Origin: Escherichia phage vB_EcoM-RPN187
DNA: 64,000 bases
Sequence record: OL770074.2
Strand: one strand, 5' to 3'
Shown piece by piece: positions 42,714 through 52,344 of the stretch. Below the pieces are notes generated by a model that saw only the letters and a program-made list of their open reading frames with translations, had not been told where the DNA came from and did no database searches. Position 1 is the stretch's first letter; each line of letters opens with the position of its first letter. Position numbers and translations under genes: made by a program.

Positions 42714-43526
42714 ATGATCAAAGAACAACTTTTGAAAGAAGCTCAAAACATCGAGACTTCAGTTGCTCTTAATAGTGTTTTCGAATCAGTAGAACTGTCT
42801 CCGGACGTTAAAGCTAATTTCAGCACTGTATTCGAAGCCACCGTTAAGCAGGAAGCAGTCAAACTGGCTGAATCTCATATCAAAGCCATCGCCGAAAAGG
42901 CCGAAGAAGAAGTTGAAAAGGCCAAAGAAGATGCTGAAGAGAAAGCTGATAAAAAATTGGCTGAACAAGCTTCTAAATTCCTAGACCATCTTGCAAAAGA
43001 ATGGCTCGCAGAAAACCAAATCGCAGTTGATAAAGGCATTAAAGCTGATTTGTTCGAATCCATGCTTGGTGGTCTGAAAGAACTGTTTGTTGAACATAAC
43101 GTTGTTGTTCCAGAAGAATCTGTAGATGTTGTAGCAGAAATGGAAGAAGAGCTGGCCGAACATAAAGAAGAAACCGCTCGTTTGTTCGAAGAAGTTACCA
43201 AACGTGATGCATATATCAATTACGTTCAGCGTGAAACCGCTATTAATGAAAGCGTAAAAGACCTGACTGAATCTCAGAAAGAAAAAGTTATTGGCCTGGT
43301 TGAAGGTATGGATTATTCTGACGCATTTGGTACTAAGTTAACTGCTATTGTAGAAATGGTTAAAGGTTCTACTAAAGAAGAAGCCGCTATTACCGAAAGT
43401 ATAAATACAGTTGACAATGACGCTGCCGGTCTTAATTTTGTTGCCGAAGCAGTTGACACTACCACAACTCAGGTAGAACAGAATTCTAATGTAAGTTTAT
43501 ATGCGAAAGTCGCATCTCGTTTCTAA
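42714..43526 (+). CDS. 22: prohead core scaffold protein gp22
   Basis: 270 aa, helical and Glu/Lys-rich (T4 269). Confidence 0.9.
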   Translation: MIKEQLLKEAQNIETSVALNSVFESVELSPDVKANFSTVFEATVKQEAVKLAESHIKAIAEKAEEEVEKAKEDAEEKADKKLAEQASKFLDHLAKEWLAENQIAVDKGIKADLFESMLGGLKELFVEHNVVVPEESVDVVAEMEEELAEHKEETARLFEEVTKRDAYINYVQRETAINESVKDLTESQKEKVIGLVEGMDYSDAFGTKLTAIVEMVKGSTKEEAAITESINTVDNDAAGLNFVAEAVDTTTTQVEQNSNVSLYAKVASRF

Positions 43527-43543
43527 TTTAAAGGTTAACACAA

Positions 43544-45112
43544 ATGACTACTATCAAAACTAAAGCTCAGCTCGTAGACAAATGGAAAGAACTGCTGGAA
43601 GGTGAAGGCCTGCCGGAAATCGCTAATAGCAAGCAGGCTATTATCGCTAAAATCTTCGAAAACCAGGAAAAAGATTTCGAAGTATCCCCTGAATATAAAG
43701 ACGAGAAAATCGCTCAGGCATTTGGTTCTTTCTTGACCGAAGCTGAAATTGGTGGTGACCATGGTTATAATGCTCAGAACATCGCAGCAGGTCAAACCTC
43801 TGGTGCAGTAACCCAAATTGGGCCAGCAGTTATGGGTATGGTTCGTCGTGCTATTCCTAATCTGATCGCTTTTGATATTTGTGGTGTTCAGCCTATGAAC
43901 AGCCCGACCGGTCAGGTATTTGCTCTCCGTGCAGTATATGGTAAAGACCCTATCGCTGCTGGCGCTAAAGAAGCTTTCCATCCGATGTATGCCCCGGACG
44001 CGATGTTCTCTGGTCAGGGTGCTGCTAAGAAATTCCCAGCTCTGGCTGCTGACACTACTACTGTTGTAGGTGATATCTATACTCACTTCTTCCAAGAAAC
44101 TGGTACCGTATATCTGCAAGCTTCTGCTATCGTAACACTTGATTCTAGTGCGACTGATGCTGCTAAATTAGATGCAGAAGTTAAGAAACAAATGGAAGCT
44201 GGTGCACTGGTAGAAATCGCTGAAGGTATGGCTACTTCTATCGCTGAACTCCAGGAAGGTTTCAACGGTTCTACCGACAACCCATGGAACGAAATGGGCT
44301 TCCGTATCGATAAACAAGTTATCGAAGCTAAATCTCGTCAGCTGAAAGCAGCTTACTCCATCGAATTAGCACAAGACCTCCGTGCAGTACACGGTATGGA
44401 TGCTGATGCTGAACTGAGCGGTATTCTTGCTACTGAAATTATGCTAGAAATCAACCGTGAAGTTGTTGATTGGATTAACTACTCAGCACAGGTTGGTAAA
44501 TCTGGTATGACCCTGACTCCGGGTTCTAAAGCCGGTGTATTTGACTTCCAGGACCCGATTGATATCCGTGGTGCTCGTTGGGCCGGTGAAAGCTTTAAAT
44601 CTCTGTTGTTCCAGATTGATAAAGAAGCAGTTGAAATTGCTCGTCAAACCGGTCGTGGTGAAGGTAACTTCATTATCGCTTCCCGTAACGTAGTTAACGT
44701 ACTGGCTTCAGTTGATACTGGTATTTCTTACGCTGCACAGGGTCTGGCTTCTGGTTTTAATACCGACACTACTAAGTCTGTATTTGCCGGTGTACTTGGT
44801 GGTAAATACCGCGTATACATCGACCAGTATGCTAAACAGGATTACTTCACCGTTGGTTACAAAGGCGCTAACGAAATGGATGCAGGTATTTACTATGCTC
44901 CTTACGTTGCACTTACCCCACTGCGTGGTTCCGATCCTAAGAACTTCCAGCCGGTAATGGGCTTTAAAACTCGTTACGGTATCGGTGTTAACCCGTTTGC
45001 TGAAAGTTCCCTGCAGGCTCCAGGTGCTCGCATCCAGTCCGGTATGCCGTCTATCCTGAACAGCCTTGGTAAGAACGCTTACTTCCGCCGTGTATATGTA
45101 AAAGGCATCTAA
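43544..45112 (+). CDS. 23: major capsid protein gp23
   Basis: 522 aa; MTTIKTKAQLVDKWKELLEGEG...RRVYVKGI near-identical to T4 gp23 (memory). Confidence 0.97.
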   Translation: MTTIKTKAQLVDKWKELLEGEGLPEIANSKQAIIAKIFENQEKDFEVSPEYKDEKIAQAFGSFLTEAEIGGDHGYNAQNIAAGQTSGAVTQIGPAVMGMVRRAIPNLIAFDICGVQPMNSPTGQVFALRAVYGKDPIAAGAKEAFHPMYAPDAMFSGQGAAKKFPALAADTTTVVGDIYTHFFQETGTVYLQASAIVTLDSSATDAAKLDAEVKKQMEAGALVEIAEGMATSIAELQEGFNGSTDNPWNEMGFRIDKQVIEAKSRQLKAAYSIELAQDLRAVHGMDADAELSGILATEIMLEINREVVDWINYSAQVGKSGMTLTPGSKAGVFDFQDPIDIRGARWAGESFKSLLFQIDKEAVEIARQTGRGEGNFIIASRNVVNVLASVDTGISYAAQGLASGFNTDTTKSVFAGVLGGKYRVYIDQYAKQDYFTVGYKGANEMDAGIYYAPYVALTPLRGSDPKNFQPVMGFKTRYGIGVNPFAESSLQAPGARIQSGMPSILNSLGKNAYFRRVYVKGI

Positions 45113-45135
45113 TCTTAATTGATTAAATCTTATTT

Positions 45136-45159
45136 TGGGAGACTTCGGTCTCCCATTTT
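45136..45159 (+). terminator. rho-independent terminator after gene 23
   Basis: gggagac-ttcg-gtctccc hairpin followed by atttttggtttt. Confidence 0.65.
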
Positions 45160-45164
45160 TGGTT

Positions 45165-45434
45165 TTATTTCTGTGCAATTTCGATGTAAGTTTTCAAAAT
45201 ATTTTGCCAATTAGGCATACCTTCTTGGACATATGCCGGAGAACCATCTTTGTTTTTGAATGACGCAAGTTTATCAGTGGCCCAATAACCTTTAGCTCGA
45301 GCTTCGGAATCAACTTTCATCCATACTTTGTTGAAGGCATTACCATTAACTTTTGCACCATATTTTTCTACTAATCTAACTGCTTCAGCTTCCAGAACTT
45401 TTAAAGTATCTCGTAAGAAACGTGCTTTAGTCAT
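45165..45434 (-). CDS. hypothetical early protein between genes 23 and 24
   Basis: ORF track 89 aa; own early promoter; ATG verified. Confidence 0.45.
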   Translation of the reverse strand: MTKARFLRDTLKVLEAEAVRLVEKYGAKVNGNAFNKVWMKVDSEARAKGYWATDKLASFKNKDGSPAYVQEGMPNWQNILKTYIEIAQK

Positions 45435-45464
45435 TTTGTTTACTCCTCTGTAGTTGATAAGTCT

Positions 45465-45494
45465 ATAGTATCACATACCAAATACGTTGTAAAC
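45465..45494 (-). promoter_or_regulatory. T4-type early promoter
   Basis: Minus strand GTTTAC (45489-45494), 18 nt, TACTAT (45465-45470). Confidence 0.5.
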
Positions 45495-45500
45495 AATCTT

Positions 45501-45508
45501 TATAAATA
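45501..45508 (+). promoter_or_regulatory. late promoter TATAAATA for gene 24
   Basis: Exact TATAAATA 28 nt upstream of gene 24 ATG, 7 nt from the divergent early promoter. Confidence 0.55.
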
Positions 45509-45535
45509 ATCTATATCACATAAGGAAAAAATGCA

Positions 45536-46819
45536 ATGAGTAAAATCCAAAAATTATTGCGTGAATCTACAACGTCTACTAGCAACTCAATTGGTCGCCC
45601 AAATCTCGTTGCTTTGACTCGCGCTACGACTAAATTAATATATTCTGACATTGTAGCAACACAAAGAACTAATCAACCTGTTGCTGCTTTTTATGGTATC
45701 AAATATCTTAACCCAGATAACGAATTCACATTTAAAACTGGTGCTACTTATGCAGGCGAAGTTGGATATGTGGACCGAGAAAAAATTACTGAGCTCACAG
45801 AAGATTCAAAAGCCACACTAAATAAAGGCGATTTTTTCAAATATAATAATATCGTCTATAAAGTGTTAGAAGATACACCGTTTGCAGATATTCAAGAAAG
45901 TGATCTAGAACTAGCTCTTCAGATTGCAATCGTTCATTTAAAGGTACGGTTATTTTCAGATGCAGCGGTAACAAGCAAATTTGAAAGCTCTGATAGCGAA
46001 ATTTCTGATGCAAGATTCCAGATTAATAAATGGCAAACTTCGGTCAAATCTCGTAAACTTAAAACTGGTCTCACGGTTGAATTAGCGCAAGATTTGGAAG
46101 CGAATGGATTTGATGCCCCTAACTTCTTAGAAGATTTGCTTGCTACTGAAATGGCTGATGAAATTAATAAAGATATTCTTCAGTCTTTAATTACTGTATC
46201 TAAACGCTATAAAGTTACTGGAATTACTGACACCGGATTTATTGACTTGAGCTATGCATCCGCTCCAGAAGCAGGTCGTTCATTATATCGAATGGTGTGT
46301 GAAATGGTATCACACATTCAAAAAGAGACAACTTATACTGCAACGTTTTGTGTAGCCTCAGCTCGTGCAGCTGCTATTCTTGCTGCTTCTGGTTGGTTAA
46401 AACATAAGCCAGAAGATGACAAGTATCTTTCACAAAATGCTTATGGATTCTTGGCAAATGGATTACCTCTTTACTGCGATACCAACAGTCCGTTAGATTA
46501 TGTTATTGTGGGTGTTGTAGAAAATATCGGCGAAAAAGAAATTGTAGGGTCCATCTTTTATGCTCCATACACTGAAGGAGTAGATTTAGATGACCCTGAA
46601 CATGTTGGTGCATTTAAAGTTGTAGTTGATCCAGAAAGCTTGCAACCGTCTATCGGATTATTGGTTAGATATGCTTTATCAGCAAATCCTTACACAGTAG
46701 CAAAAGATGAAAAAGAAGCGAGAATAATTGATGGCGGGGACATGGATAAAATGGCAGGACGTTCAGACTTGTCTGTTTTACTCGGTGTTAAATTGCCAAA
46801 AATCATCGTTGATGAATAA
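45536..46819 (+). CDS. 24: capsid vertex protein gp24
   Basis: 427 aa as T4 gp24; gp23 paralogue. Confidence 0.95.
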   Translation: MSKIQKLLRESTTSTSNSIGRPNLVALTRATTKLIYSDIVATQRTNQPVAAFYGIKYLNPDNEFTFKTGATYAGEVGYVDREKITELTEDSKATLNKGDFFKYNNIVYKVLEDTPFADIQESDLELALQIAIVHLKVRLFSDAAVTSKFESSDSEISDARFQINKWQTSVKSRKLKTGLTVELAQDLEANGFDAPNFLEDLLATEMADEINKDILQSLITVSKRYKVTGITDTGFIDLSYASAPEAGRSLYRMVCEMVSHIQKETTYTATFCVASARAAAILAASGWLKHKPEDDKYLSQNAYGFLANGLPLYCDTNSPLDYVIVGVVENIGEKEIVGSIFYAPYTEGVDLDDPEHVGAFKVVVDPESLQPSIGLLVRYALSANPYTVAKDEKEARIIDGGDMDKMAGRSDLSVLLGVKLPKIIVDE

Positions 46820-46848
46820 AAAAAAAAGGGACCTTACGGTCCCTTTTT
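46818..46848. terminator. bidirectional rho-independent terminator between convergent genes 24 and rnlB
   Basis: A10 run, gggacc-ttac-ggtccc hairpin, T5 run. Confidence 0.65.
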
Positions 46849-46850
46849 CG

Positions 46851-47849
46851 TTATGATACTAATTCAATCCATGCAGGACGCAGAACATCTTGCACCATTC
46901 GGACTAATTCTTTCTTAACAAGATTCGGATTATCAGATGATGTTAATACAATACCTTCACGAGAAGTTTCTTCCAGAATATCTTGAACAGTCAATCCCAT
47001 CACTTTGCCAAAATCTTTTGGCGTTACAGTCCCAATCTTAGAAATCACATTATTAACACGATTTAATGTAACATAACAAGCTAGAACATCAAGCAAGTTT
47101 TTGTCAATTTCGGTTAATGGAACCTGAGTTTTAATAGGCTTATCAGACTTTTTCTTTTCACTGAATTTAGAGTTCTTGCACTTAATAGCTACACGAGTAC
47201 CGTTTGGCAGCCATTTAGGGAAACAAGGCTTCAGAACATAACCTTCTGCCGTATTATCGCCAATAACATTAGCATCAAATACACAATTATTTGCTTCTAA
47301 AAGGTCTTCTGACGCAGTAGCATTATAAGCGGCTAAGACGGAATCAAGGTCGTTCGGAATCATGATAAGAGAATCAAATGTTCCACGACCAAGCATTGGT
47401 GCCATTTTAAAACCGAATTCATTACAGAAATCTTGCATTTCGTAATCGGTCAAATACGTATTATCACCACTTTCTGTATTGATAAGGATATCGAACACAT
47501 AAAAATCTTTTTCACCGTAGTCAACACCTTTCTGGATTCCACCGCCAGCGAATTCACCGAATACTTGATATGATACGGCTCGAGCTGCGTGCATTAATTC
47601 CTGAACGGCTTTAATAGCTTTATCATACTTCTTGAGTACGATTTCATAGCCGTAAAAATCTTCTGCTGGAAGAATAGGGCCTGTGCGCTTGGCGCATGTG
47701 ACGTTGTCACGTTCAATTATTAACGAGAAGTTGGTCCCATGGATCTTCTCACGTGCTACCCAAACACCAGTAGTCAAACCGTTAGTGTAGAGGTTTTCAA
47801 TAAACTTAGAGTTGTAGTGGTTTTCAAGACTGCTGTATTTCTTAAACAT
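46851..47849 (-). CDS. rnlB: RNA ligase 2
   Basis: 332 aa; [18 protein letters not shown]...[18 protein letters not shown] (ligase motif I KxHGxN)...[11 protein letters not shown] near-identical to T4 Rnl2 (memory). Confidence 0.9.
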   Translation of the reverse strand: MFKKYSSLENHYNSKFIENLYTNGLTTGVWVAREKIHGTNFSLIIERDNVTCAKRTGPILPAEDFYGYEIVLKKYDKAIKAVQELMHAARAVSYQVFGEFAGGGIQKGVDYGEKDFYVFDILINTESGDNTYLTDYEMQDFCNEFGFKMAPMLGRGTFDSLIMIPNDLDSVLAAYNATASEDLLEANNCVFDANVIGDNTAEGYVLKPCFPKWLPNGTRVAIKCKNSKFSEKKKSDKPIKTQVPLTEIDKNLLDVLACYVTLNRVNNVISKIGTVTPKDFGKVMGLTVQDILEETSREGIVLTSSDNPNLVKKELVRMVQDVLRPAWIELVS

Positions 47850-47968
47850 AAATCACCATTATAAATAATAATATCAAAATAATTAGCAGAGACTCTATCT
47901 CTGTCCCAATGTTTAATTTGAATGGATAGAACCTAGATTCATTATACCATCAAAAAATGTAAAGCATA

Positions 47969-48220
47969 CTAGAACTTGATTTCTATCCAGTGCCCATCAC
48001 GCTGGTCGTGATTAATTTTGTACTGAAAGCCGTTATCACGGAACCACTGCCCGATTTGCTCGGTGATAGTTAAATCATTCTTTGACGGATAGTATGTAAA
48101 TTGTGTCTGGCCTTTGTCAGCGGCTTTCTCTGCCATCACAGAGAAGTTAGTAATAAAATCTTTCAACAAATTGGCTTTAGTGGCCAGGGCCCTTTCTCTT
48201 AATTCCTGTGCAAAACTCAT
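47969..48220 (-). CDS. hypothetical protein (T4 24.2 position)
   Basis: ORF track 83 aa. Confidence 0.45.
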   Translation of the reverse strand: MSFAQELRERALATKANLLKDFITNFSVMAEKAADKGQTQFTYYPSKNDLTITEQIGQWFRDNGFQYKINHDQRDGHWIEIKF

Positions 48221-48417
48221 TTCTTCACCTTTTTGTTAATAAAACGTTTACGGTATACAACTTTTTCTTTTGCTTTAAACTTTGACCGAGCTGTCTCGGC
48301 TTTAGTCCATAGTAATCCAACTTCTTTAGGTTGTAAACCGATTTTTTGAGCAATTTCTACGAATGAAAATCCCGCCTCATGTAATGTATAAACTTCAACT
48401 TCAGCTCTCATAATCAA
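48217..48417 (-). CDS. hypothetical small protein with possible helix-turn-helix (T4 24.3 position)
   Basis: ORF track 66 aa; FSFVEIAQKIGLQPKEV resembles an HTH; basic C-terminus. Confidence 0.45.
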   Translation of the reverse strand: MIMRAEVEVYTLHEAGFSFVEIAQKIGLQPKEVGLLWTKAETARSKFKAKEKVVYRKRFINKKVKK

Positions 48418-48512
48418 TCCCGTATTATTTGGTTTGTGCCATTATACACATCAATCTCAAGATGTGTTTTGTATGCTTTAAAAACGAAGAAAGGGGCCGA
48501 AGCCCCTTACGA

Positions 48513-49364
48513 TTATTGATAGGTATAGATGATACCAGTTTCTAAAGCAGTTTTATGAATGATGTATCCATTACGTGATTCTTGAACATCAACTTCTGGA
48601 TAATCTTGCAACATCTTCTGAAGAGTGTAACGATGCAGGTAGTATTTACTATCTGGATCTTCAGTTTTCCAATCTTTACCTTCTTCGGTCATTTTTTGGA
48701 TTTCATCCATAACCCACCAACCGCACCAGATGTAAGCTGAAGTACGATGTGGAAGAGGATGAACATAAGGTAATTCGCCTTCTGGTTCTTGAGCAACTTT
48801 ATCATTCACAGTAAGTGATACTTCATTCGAAGTAACTTCCTTTGCATCATAATCTGTCGCGGTTACTTGAGCTACACACTTAATTGTTTTAACTCCGCTT
48901 GTGGAAGGAGTGTAATTAAATGTAGCAGAAGTTGCTTCGCCTACAGGAGAACCGTCAACGTACCACTGATACGTAGCAGATGCGCCTGATGGTTGAGAAG
49001 CTAAAGCAGCAGTAAATTCAACAGGAGTTCCAATCGCTCCAGTAGCAGGACTATCAGGAGTTACAGCTAAGGTAGTTGACTGAGTTTTATTTTTAACTGT
49101 GATAGTTGTTGTCGCTTCAGCCGTTTCCGGGCCTCCTTCAGAAAGTGTATTTGTTGCAACAACTTTAATTGTTTTTGTTCCAGCAGGTCCTTTTAACACA
49201 TAATCAAAAGTTGCTTCAGATCCATCTTGTTGAACATTATCTACAGTCCAAGCATAGGTAATAGTTCCACCTCCAGTTTCACCACTGGGTGTAGCAGTAA
49301 ACTGCTGAGTCTGATCTATAACTCCAGTAGGTGTTTTAGGAGTTATATCAACTGTAAAAGTCAT
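48513..49364 (-). CDS. hoc: highly immunogenic outer capsid protein Hoc (short form)
   Basis: 283 aa; N-terminal Ig-like domains and C-terminal capsid-binding region (PYVHPLPHR..YIWCGWWVMDEIQKMTEEGKDWKT...) near-identical to T4 Hoc, but about 90 aa shorter. Confidence 0.9.
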   Translation of the reverse strand: MTFTVDITPKTPTGVIDQTQQFTATPSGETGGGTITYAWTVDNVQQDGSEATFDYVLKGPAGTKTIKVVATNTLSEGGPETAEATTTITVKNKTQSTTLAVTPDSPATGAIGTPVEFTAALASQPSGASATYQWYVDGSPVGEATSATFNYTPSTSGVKTIKCVAQVTATDYDAKEVTSNEVSLTVNDKVAQEPEGELPYVHPLPHRTSAYIWCGWWVMDEIQKMTEEGKDWKTEDPDSKYYLHRYTLQKMLQDYPEVDVQESRNGYIIHKTALETGIIYTYQ

Positions 49365-49373
49365 AAGTTATCC

Positions 49374-50042
49374 TTATTTTAATGTTACGAAAGAAGAATT
49401 GCGTGTTTCACGAATTAGAACTGATCCGTCGCGATTAATGTAATAAATTAAGCTAAATAAAGTTTGGTGAGCAGAAGCATGCACAAAACTAGTTGGGCGA
49501 GATTTCCAATCTGGGGTTTCGGCTATCCATTGATAAATCCACCAAGGAACAGTAACATATCCTGGGCCTTTGCCTAATTTAATGAGTGTAGGACTAAAAT
49601 TTTCAGGCAGAACAAATTTTACTTCTTTATTTACATCTGCCTCAGGCTCTTTTTCAGATTCAACAACCTGAGTAATTGCTTCTTCGAATTTATCATGGTC
49701 GAATTCTTTTTCTTGTTCGACAACTTCTAATACTTCAACTTGTTCTGTTGGAGAATCAAACAACAGAATAGCTTCTTCTTTAACTTCTTCGTTGGTGAAA
49801 TTAACACCGTCCACATCATCTGCGGCAGTAATTAAATCGGTGATAGATAATCCATCAGTTTCAGGTAATGGTTCATCAGCCAGTGCTTTAAGAGCTTCTT
49901 CGATATCAATAACAATATTATCGAATGATTTTGTTTTCTTAACACTAATCCCAAATTGTTCTGCGTATTCAAACAGTTTAGCTTTGGCTTCCTTTTTATC
50001 AGAAAGAGCACGTAACTCTTCAATATAGTCTTTATCGATCAT
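49374..50042 (-). CDS. inh: inhibitor of prohead protease
   Basis: 222 aa; position and length as T4 inh; acidic central region. Confidence 0.8.
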   Translation of the reverse strand: MIDKDYIEELRALSDKKEAKAKLFEYAEQFGISVKKTKSFDNIVIDIEEALKALADEPLPETDGLSITDLITAADDVDGVNFTNEEVKEEAILLFDSPTEQVEVLEVVEQEKEFDHDKFEEAITQVVESEKEPEADVNKEVKFVLPENFSPTLIKLGKGPGYVTVPWWIYQWIAETPDWKSRPTSFVHASAHQTLFSLIYYINRDGSVLIRETRNSSFVTLK

Positions 50043-50055
50043 GGTATTTCCTCAT

Positions 50056-50063
50056 TATAAATA
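50056..50063 (+). promoter_or_regulatory. late promoter TATAAATA for uvsW
   Basis: Exact TATAAATA within the shared 16-mer tataaatataactata, 30 nt upstream of the uvsW ATG. Confidence 0.55.
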
Positions 50064-50092
50064 TAACTATATTTATTACATGGTAATTTGAC

Positions 50093-51607
50093 ATGACTGA
50101 CATTAAAGTACATTTTTATGATTTTAGTCACGTGCGCATTGAATGCGACGAAAGTACGTTTTACGAACTTCGTGACTTTTTTAGTTTTGAAGCTGACGGG
50201 TATAAATTTAACCCAAAATATCGCTATGGGAACTGGGATGGTAGAATTCGACTTTTAGATTATAACCGTTTGTTACCATATGGACTTGTAGGACAAATAA
50301 AAAAGTTCTGTAATAATATGAGTTATTCTGTATGGATTGACCCTAAAATATTTGAGACCGAAGACCTTACCAGGGAAGATTTTGACGCATGGCTTTCTAA
50401 ACAAGAAATTTATTCGGGCAACTCCAAAATCGAACCACATTGGTATCAAAAAGATGCAGTATACGAAGGATTAGTTAATCGTCGTCGAATTTTAAACCTT
50501 CCGACATCAGCAGGTAAATCACTAATCCAAGCACTTTTAGCTCGATATTATCTAGAGAACTATGAAGGTAAAATTCTCATTATCGTCCCTACAACAGCAT
50601 TGACAACCCAGATGGCTAATGATTTTGTTGATTATCGCTTGTTTAGTCATTCGATGATTAAGAAAATTGGCGGTGGTGCTGATAAAGCAGACAGAGCTAA
50701 AAACGACGCTCCAATTATTGTTGGCACATGGCAAACAGTAGTTAAGCAGCCTAAAGAATGGTTCTCTCAGTTCGGTATGATGATGAATGATGAATGCCAC
50801 TTAGCAACAGGCAAAAGTATTTCTTCAATCATCTCAGGATTAAATAATTGCATGTTTAAATTCGGTTTATCTGGCTCATTAAGAGATGGAAAAGCCAATG
50901 TAATGCAGTACGTAGGTATGTTCGGCGAAATCTTCCGTCCTGTTAGCACGTCTAAATTAATGGAAGACGGACAGGTAACTGAGCTTAAGATTAATAGTAT
51001 TTTCCTTCGTTATCCGGACGAATTCACCGTTAAATTAAAAGGTAAAACATACCAAGAAGAAGTTAAAATTATTACCGGACTAAAACGACGTACAAAGTGG
51101 ATTGCTCAACTTTCAGTCAAATTGGCTAAGAAAGACGAGAACGCCTTTGTAATGTTTAAACACGTTACACACGGTAAAGAAATATTTGAAGCTATTAAAG
51201 AGCTTGGATACGAAAAAGTTTATTACGTATCAGGTGAAGTTGATACTGAAACACGTAACGCGCTTAAAGTCATGGCAGAAAATGGTAAAGGCATTATTAT
51301 TGTCGCATCATATGGAGTATTCTCTACTGGTATTTCAGTCAAGAATCTTCATCATGTTATTTTTGCCCATGGTGTTAAATCAAAAATTATCGTACTTCAA
51401 ACCGTAGGTCGCGTGCTTCGTAAGCATGGTTCTAAAGCTGTTGCTACAGTTTGGGATCTCATCGATGACGCAGGTGTAAAACCTAAATCATTAAATACTA
51501 AAAAGAAGTATACTCATCTTAATTACTTGTTAAAACACGGTATTGATCGTATCCAACGTTACGCTGATGAGAAATTTAACTATGTAATGAAAACAATTAA
51601 TTTATAA
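50093..51607 (+). CDS. uvsW: UvsW DNA/RNA-DNA helicase
   Basis: 504 aa; SF2 helicase motifs PTSAGKS, DECH; T4 UvsW about 502 aa. Confidence 0.95.
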   Translation: MTDIKVHFYDFSHVRIECDESTFYELRDFFSFEADGYKFNPKYRYGNWDGRIRLLDYNRLLPYGLVGQIKKFCNNMSYSVWIDPKIFETEDLTREDFDAWLSKQEIYSGNSKIEPHWYQKDAVYEGLVNRRRILNLPTSAGKSLIQALLARYYLENYEGKILIIVPTTALTTQMANDFVDYRLFSHSMIKKIGGGADKADRAKNDAPIIVGTWQTVVKQPKEWFSQFGMMMNDECHLATGKSISSIISGLNNCMFKFGLSGSLRDGKANVMQYVGMFGEIFRPVSTSKLMEDGQVTELKINSIFLRYPDEFTVKLKGKTYQEEVKIITGLKRRTKWIAQLSVKLAKKDENAFVMFKHVTHGKEIFEAIKELGYEKVYYVSGEVDTETRNALKVMAENGKGIIIVASYGVFSTGISVKNLHHVIFAHGVKSKIIVLQTVGRVLRKHGSKAVATVWDLIDDAGVKPKSLNTKKKYTHLNYLLKHGIDRIQRYADEKFNYVMKTINL

Positions 51608-51632
51608 GGGCTTCGGCCCTTAGGAGATAAAA

Positions 51633-51863
51633 ATGGTACTTGAATTTAAACAATTTTTATACGAAGCATCTATTGACGAATTCATGGGTAAAATTGCTAG
51701 TTGTCATACCTTAGAAGGGCTTGAAGAATTGGAAGCTTATTATAAGAAACGTATAAAAGAAACGAAATTAAAAGATACAGATGATATTTCTGTCAGGGAT
51801 GCCTTAGCAGGTAAGCGTGCCGAACTTGAAGGCGACGATGATGATGAGGAAGAAGACTTCTAA
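51633..51863 (+). CDS. uvsW.1: UvsW.1 small acidic protein
   Basis: 76 aa with acidic C-terminus, immediately after uvsW as in T4. Confidence 0.8.
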   Translation: MVLEFKQFLYEASIDEFMGKIASCHTLEGLEELEAYYKKRIKETKLKDTDDISVRDALAGKRAELEGDDDDEEEDF

Positions 51864-51865
51864 TT

Positions 51866-51894
51866 AAAAAAGGCCCGACCTTTTTGGAAGGGCC
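51866..51894 (-). terminator. terminator-like hairpin for the minus-strand uvsY-region transcript
   Basis: Minus strand GGCCCUUCC-AAAAA-GGUCGGGCC followed by UUUUUU. Confidence 0.45.
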
Positions 51895-51919
51895 AAAACC
51901 ATAGGCAAAAAAGGTAACA

Positions 51920-52087
51920 CTATAGTAAAAGTTGGGTTTCGTTCAATTGCTCTTCTGAACTTTCTGAAACCGGCATTTGTTGGACATAATTATAACAAGG
52001 CCCAGGATGTGCTGGTCCTTTGTCTGTTTCAACAACCAATGCAGAATCGATTGGAGTTTTACAGACAACACAAATCTTATCTGACAT
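51920..52087 (-). CDS. small Cys-rich protein (uvsY.-2 position)
   Basis: Not in ORF track (55 aa). Hand-translated from ATG at 52087 (GGAGGC SD): MSDKICVVCKTPIDSALVVETDKGPAHPGPCYNYVQQ... Confidence 0.4.
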   Translation of the reverse strand: MSDKICVVCKTPIDSALVVETDKGPAHPGPCYNYVQQMPVSESSEEQLNETQLLL

Positions 52088-52119
52088 GATTGCCTCCTAA
52101 GTTGAAATTACATATCTAT

Positions 52120-52344
52120 TTATACAACTCGCATGCACATATCGATACCCATATCTTTTGTATAAAAATACTCGTCGATGTACCCAGCAAACTTCCCTTT
52201 AATATAAAGGACGTCTTCGCCACAAGGGTGGTCTGCCAGGATACGAATATCCTGGCGTCGTAGACGATACTTTTCCATTAAGAATTTAATTTCAGTTTCA
52301 AATTCTTCATCATTATTAAAGGCATCTTCAATTGAATAGCGCAT
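52120..52344 (-). CDS. UvsY.-1-like protein
   Basis: ORF track 74 aa immediately downstream of uvsY. Confidence 0.65.
   Translation of the reverse strand: MRYSIEDAFNNDEEFETEIKFLMEKYRLRRQDIRILADHPCGEDVLYIKGKFAGYIDEYFYTKDMGIDMCMRVV

Noticed and set aside
42786-43219. Minus-strand ORFs within gene 22 (42786..42968, 42875..43219, 42981..43163)
   Set aside because: Antisense frames through the repetitive Glu/Lys/Ala-rich scaffold gene; low-complexity translations.
46818-46827. A10 homopolymer run
   Set aside because: Considered as a slippery or phase-variable tract, but it is intergenic and forms the upstream A-tract of the bidirectional terminator.
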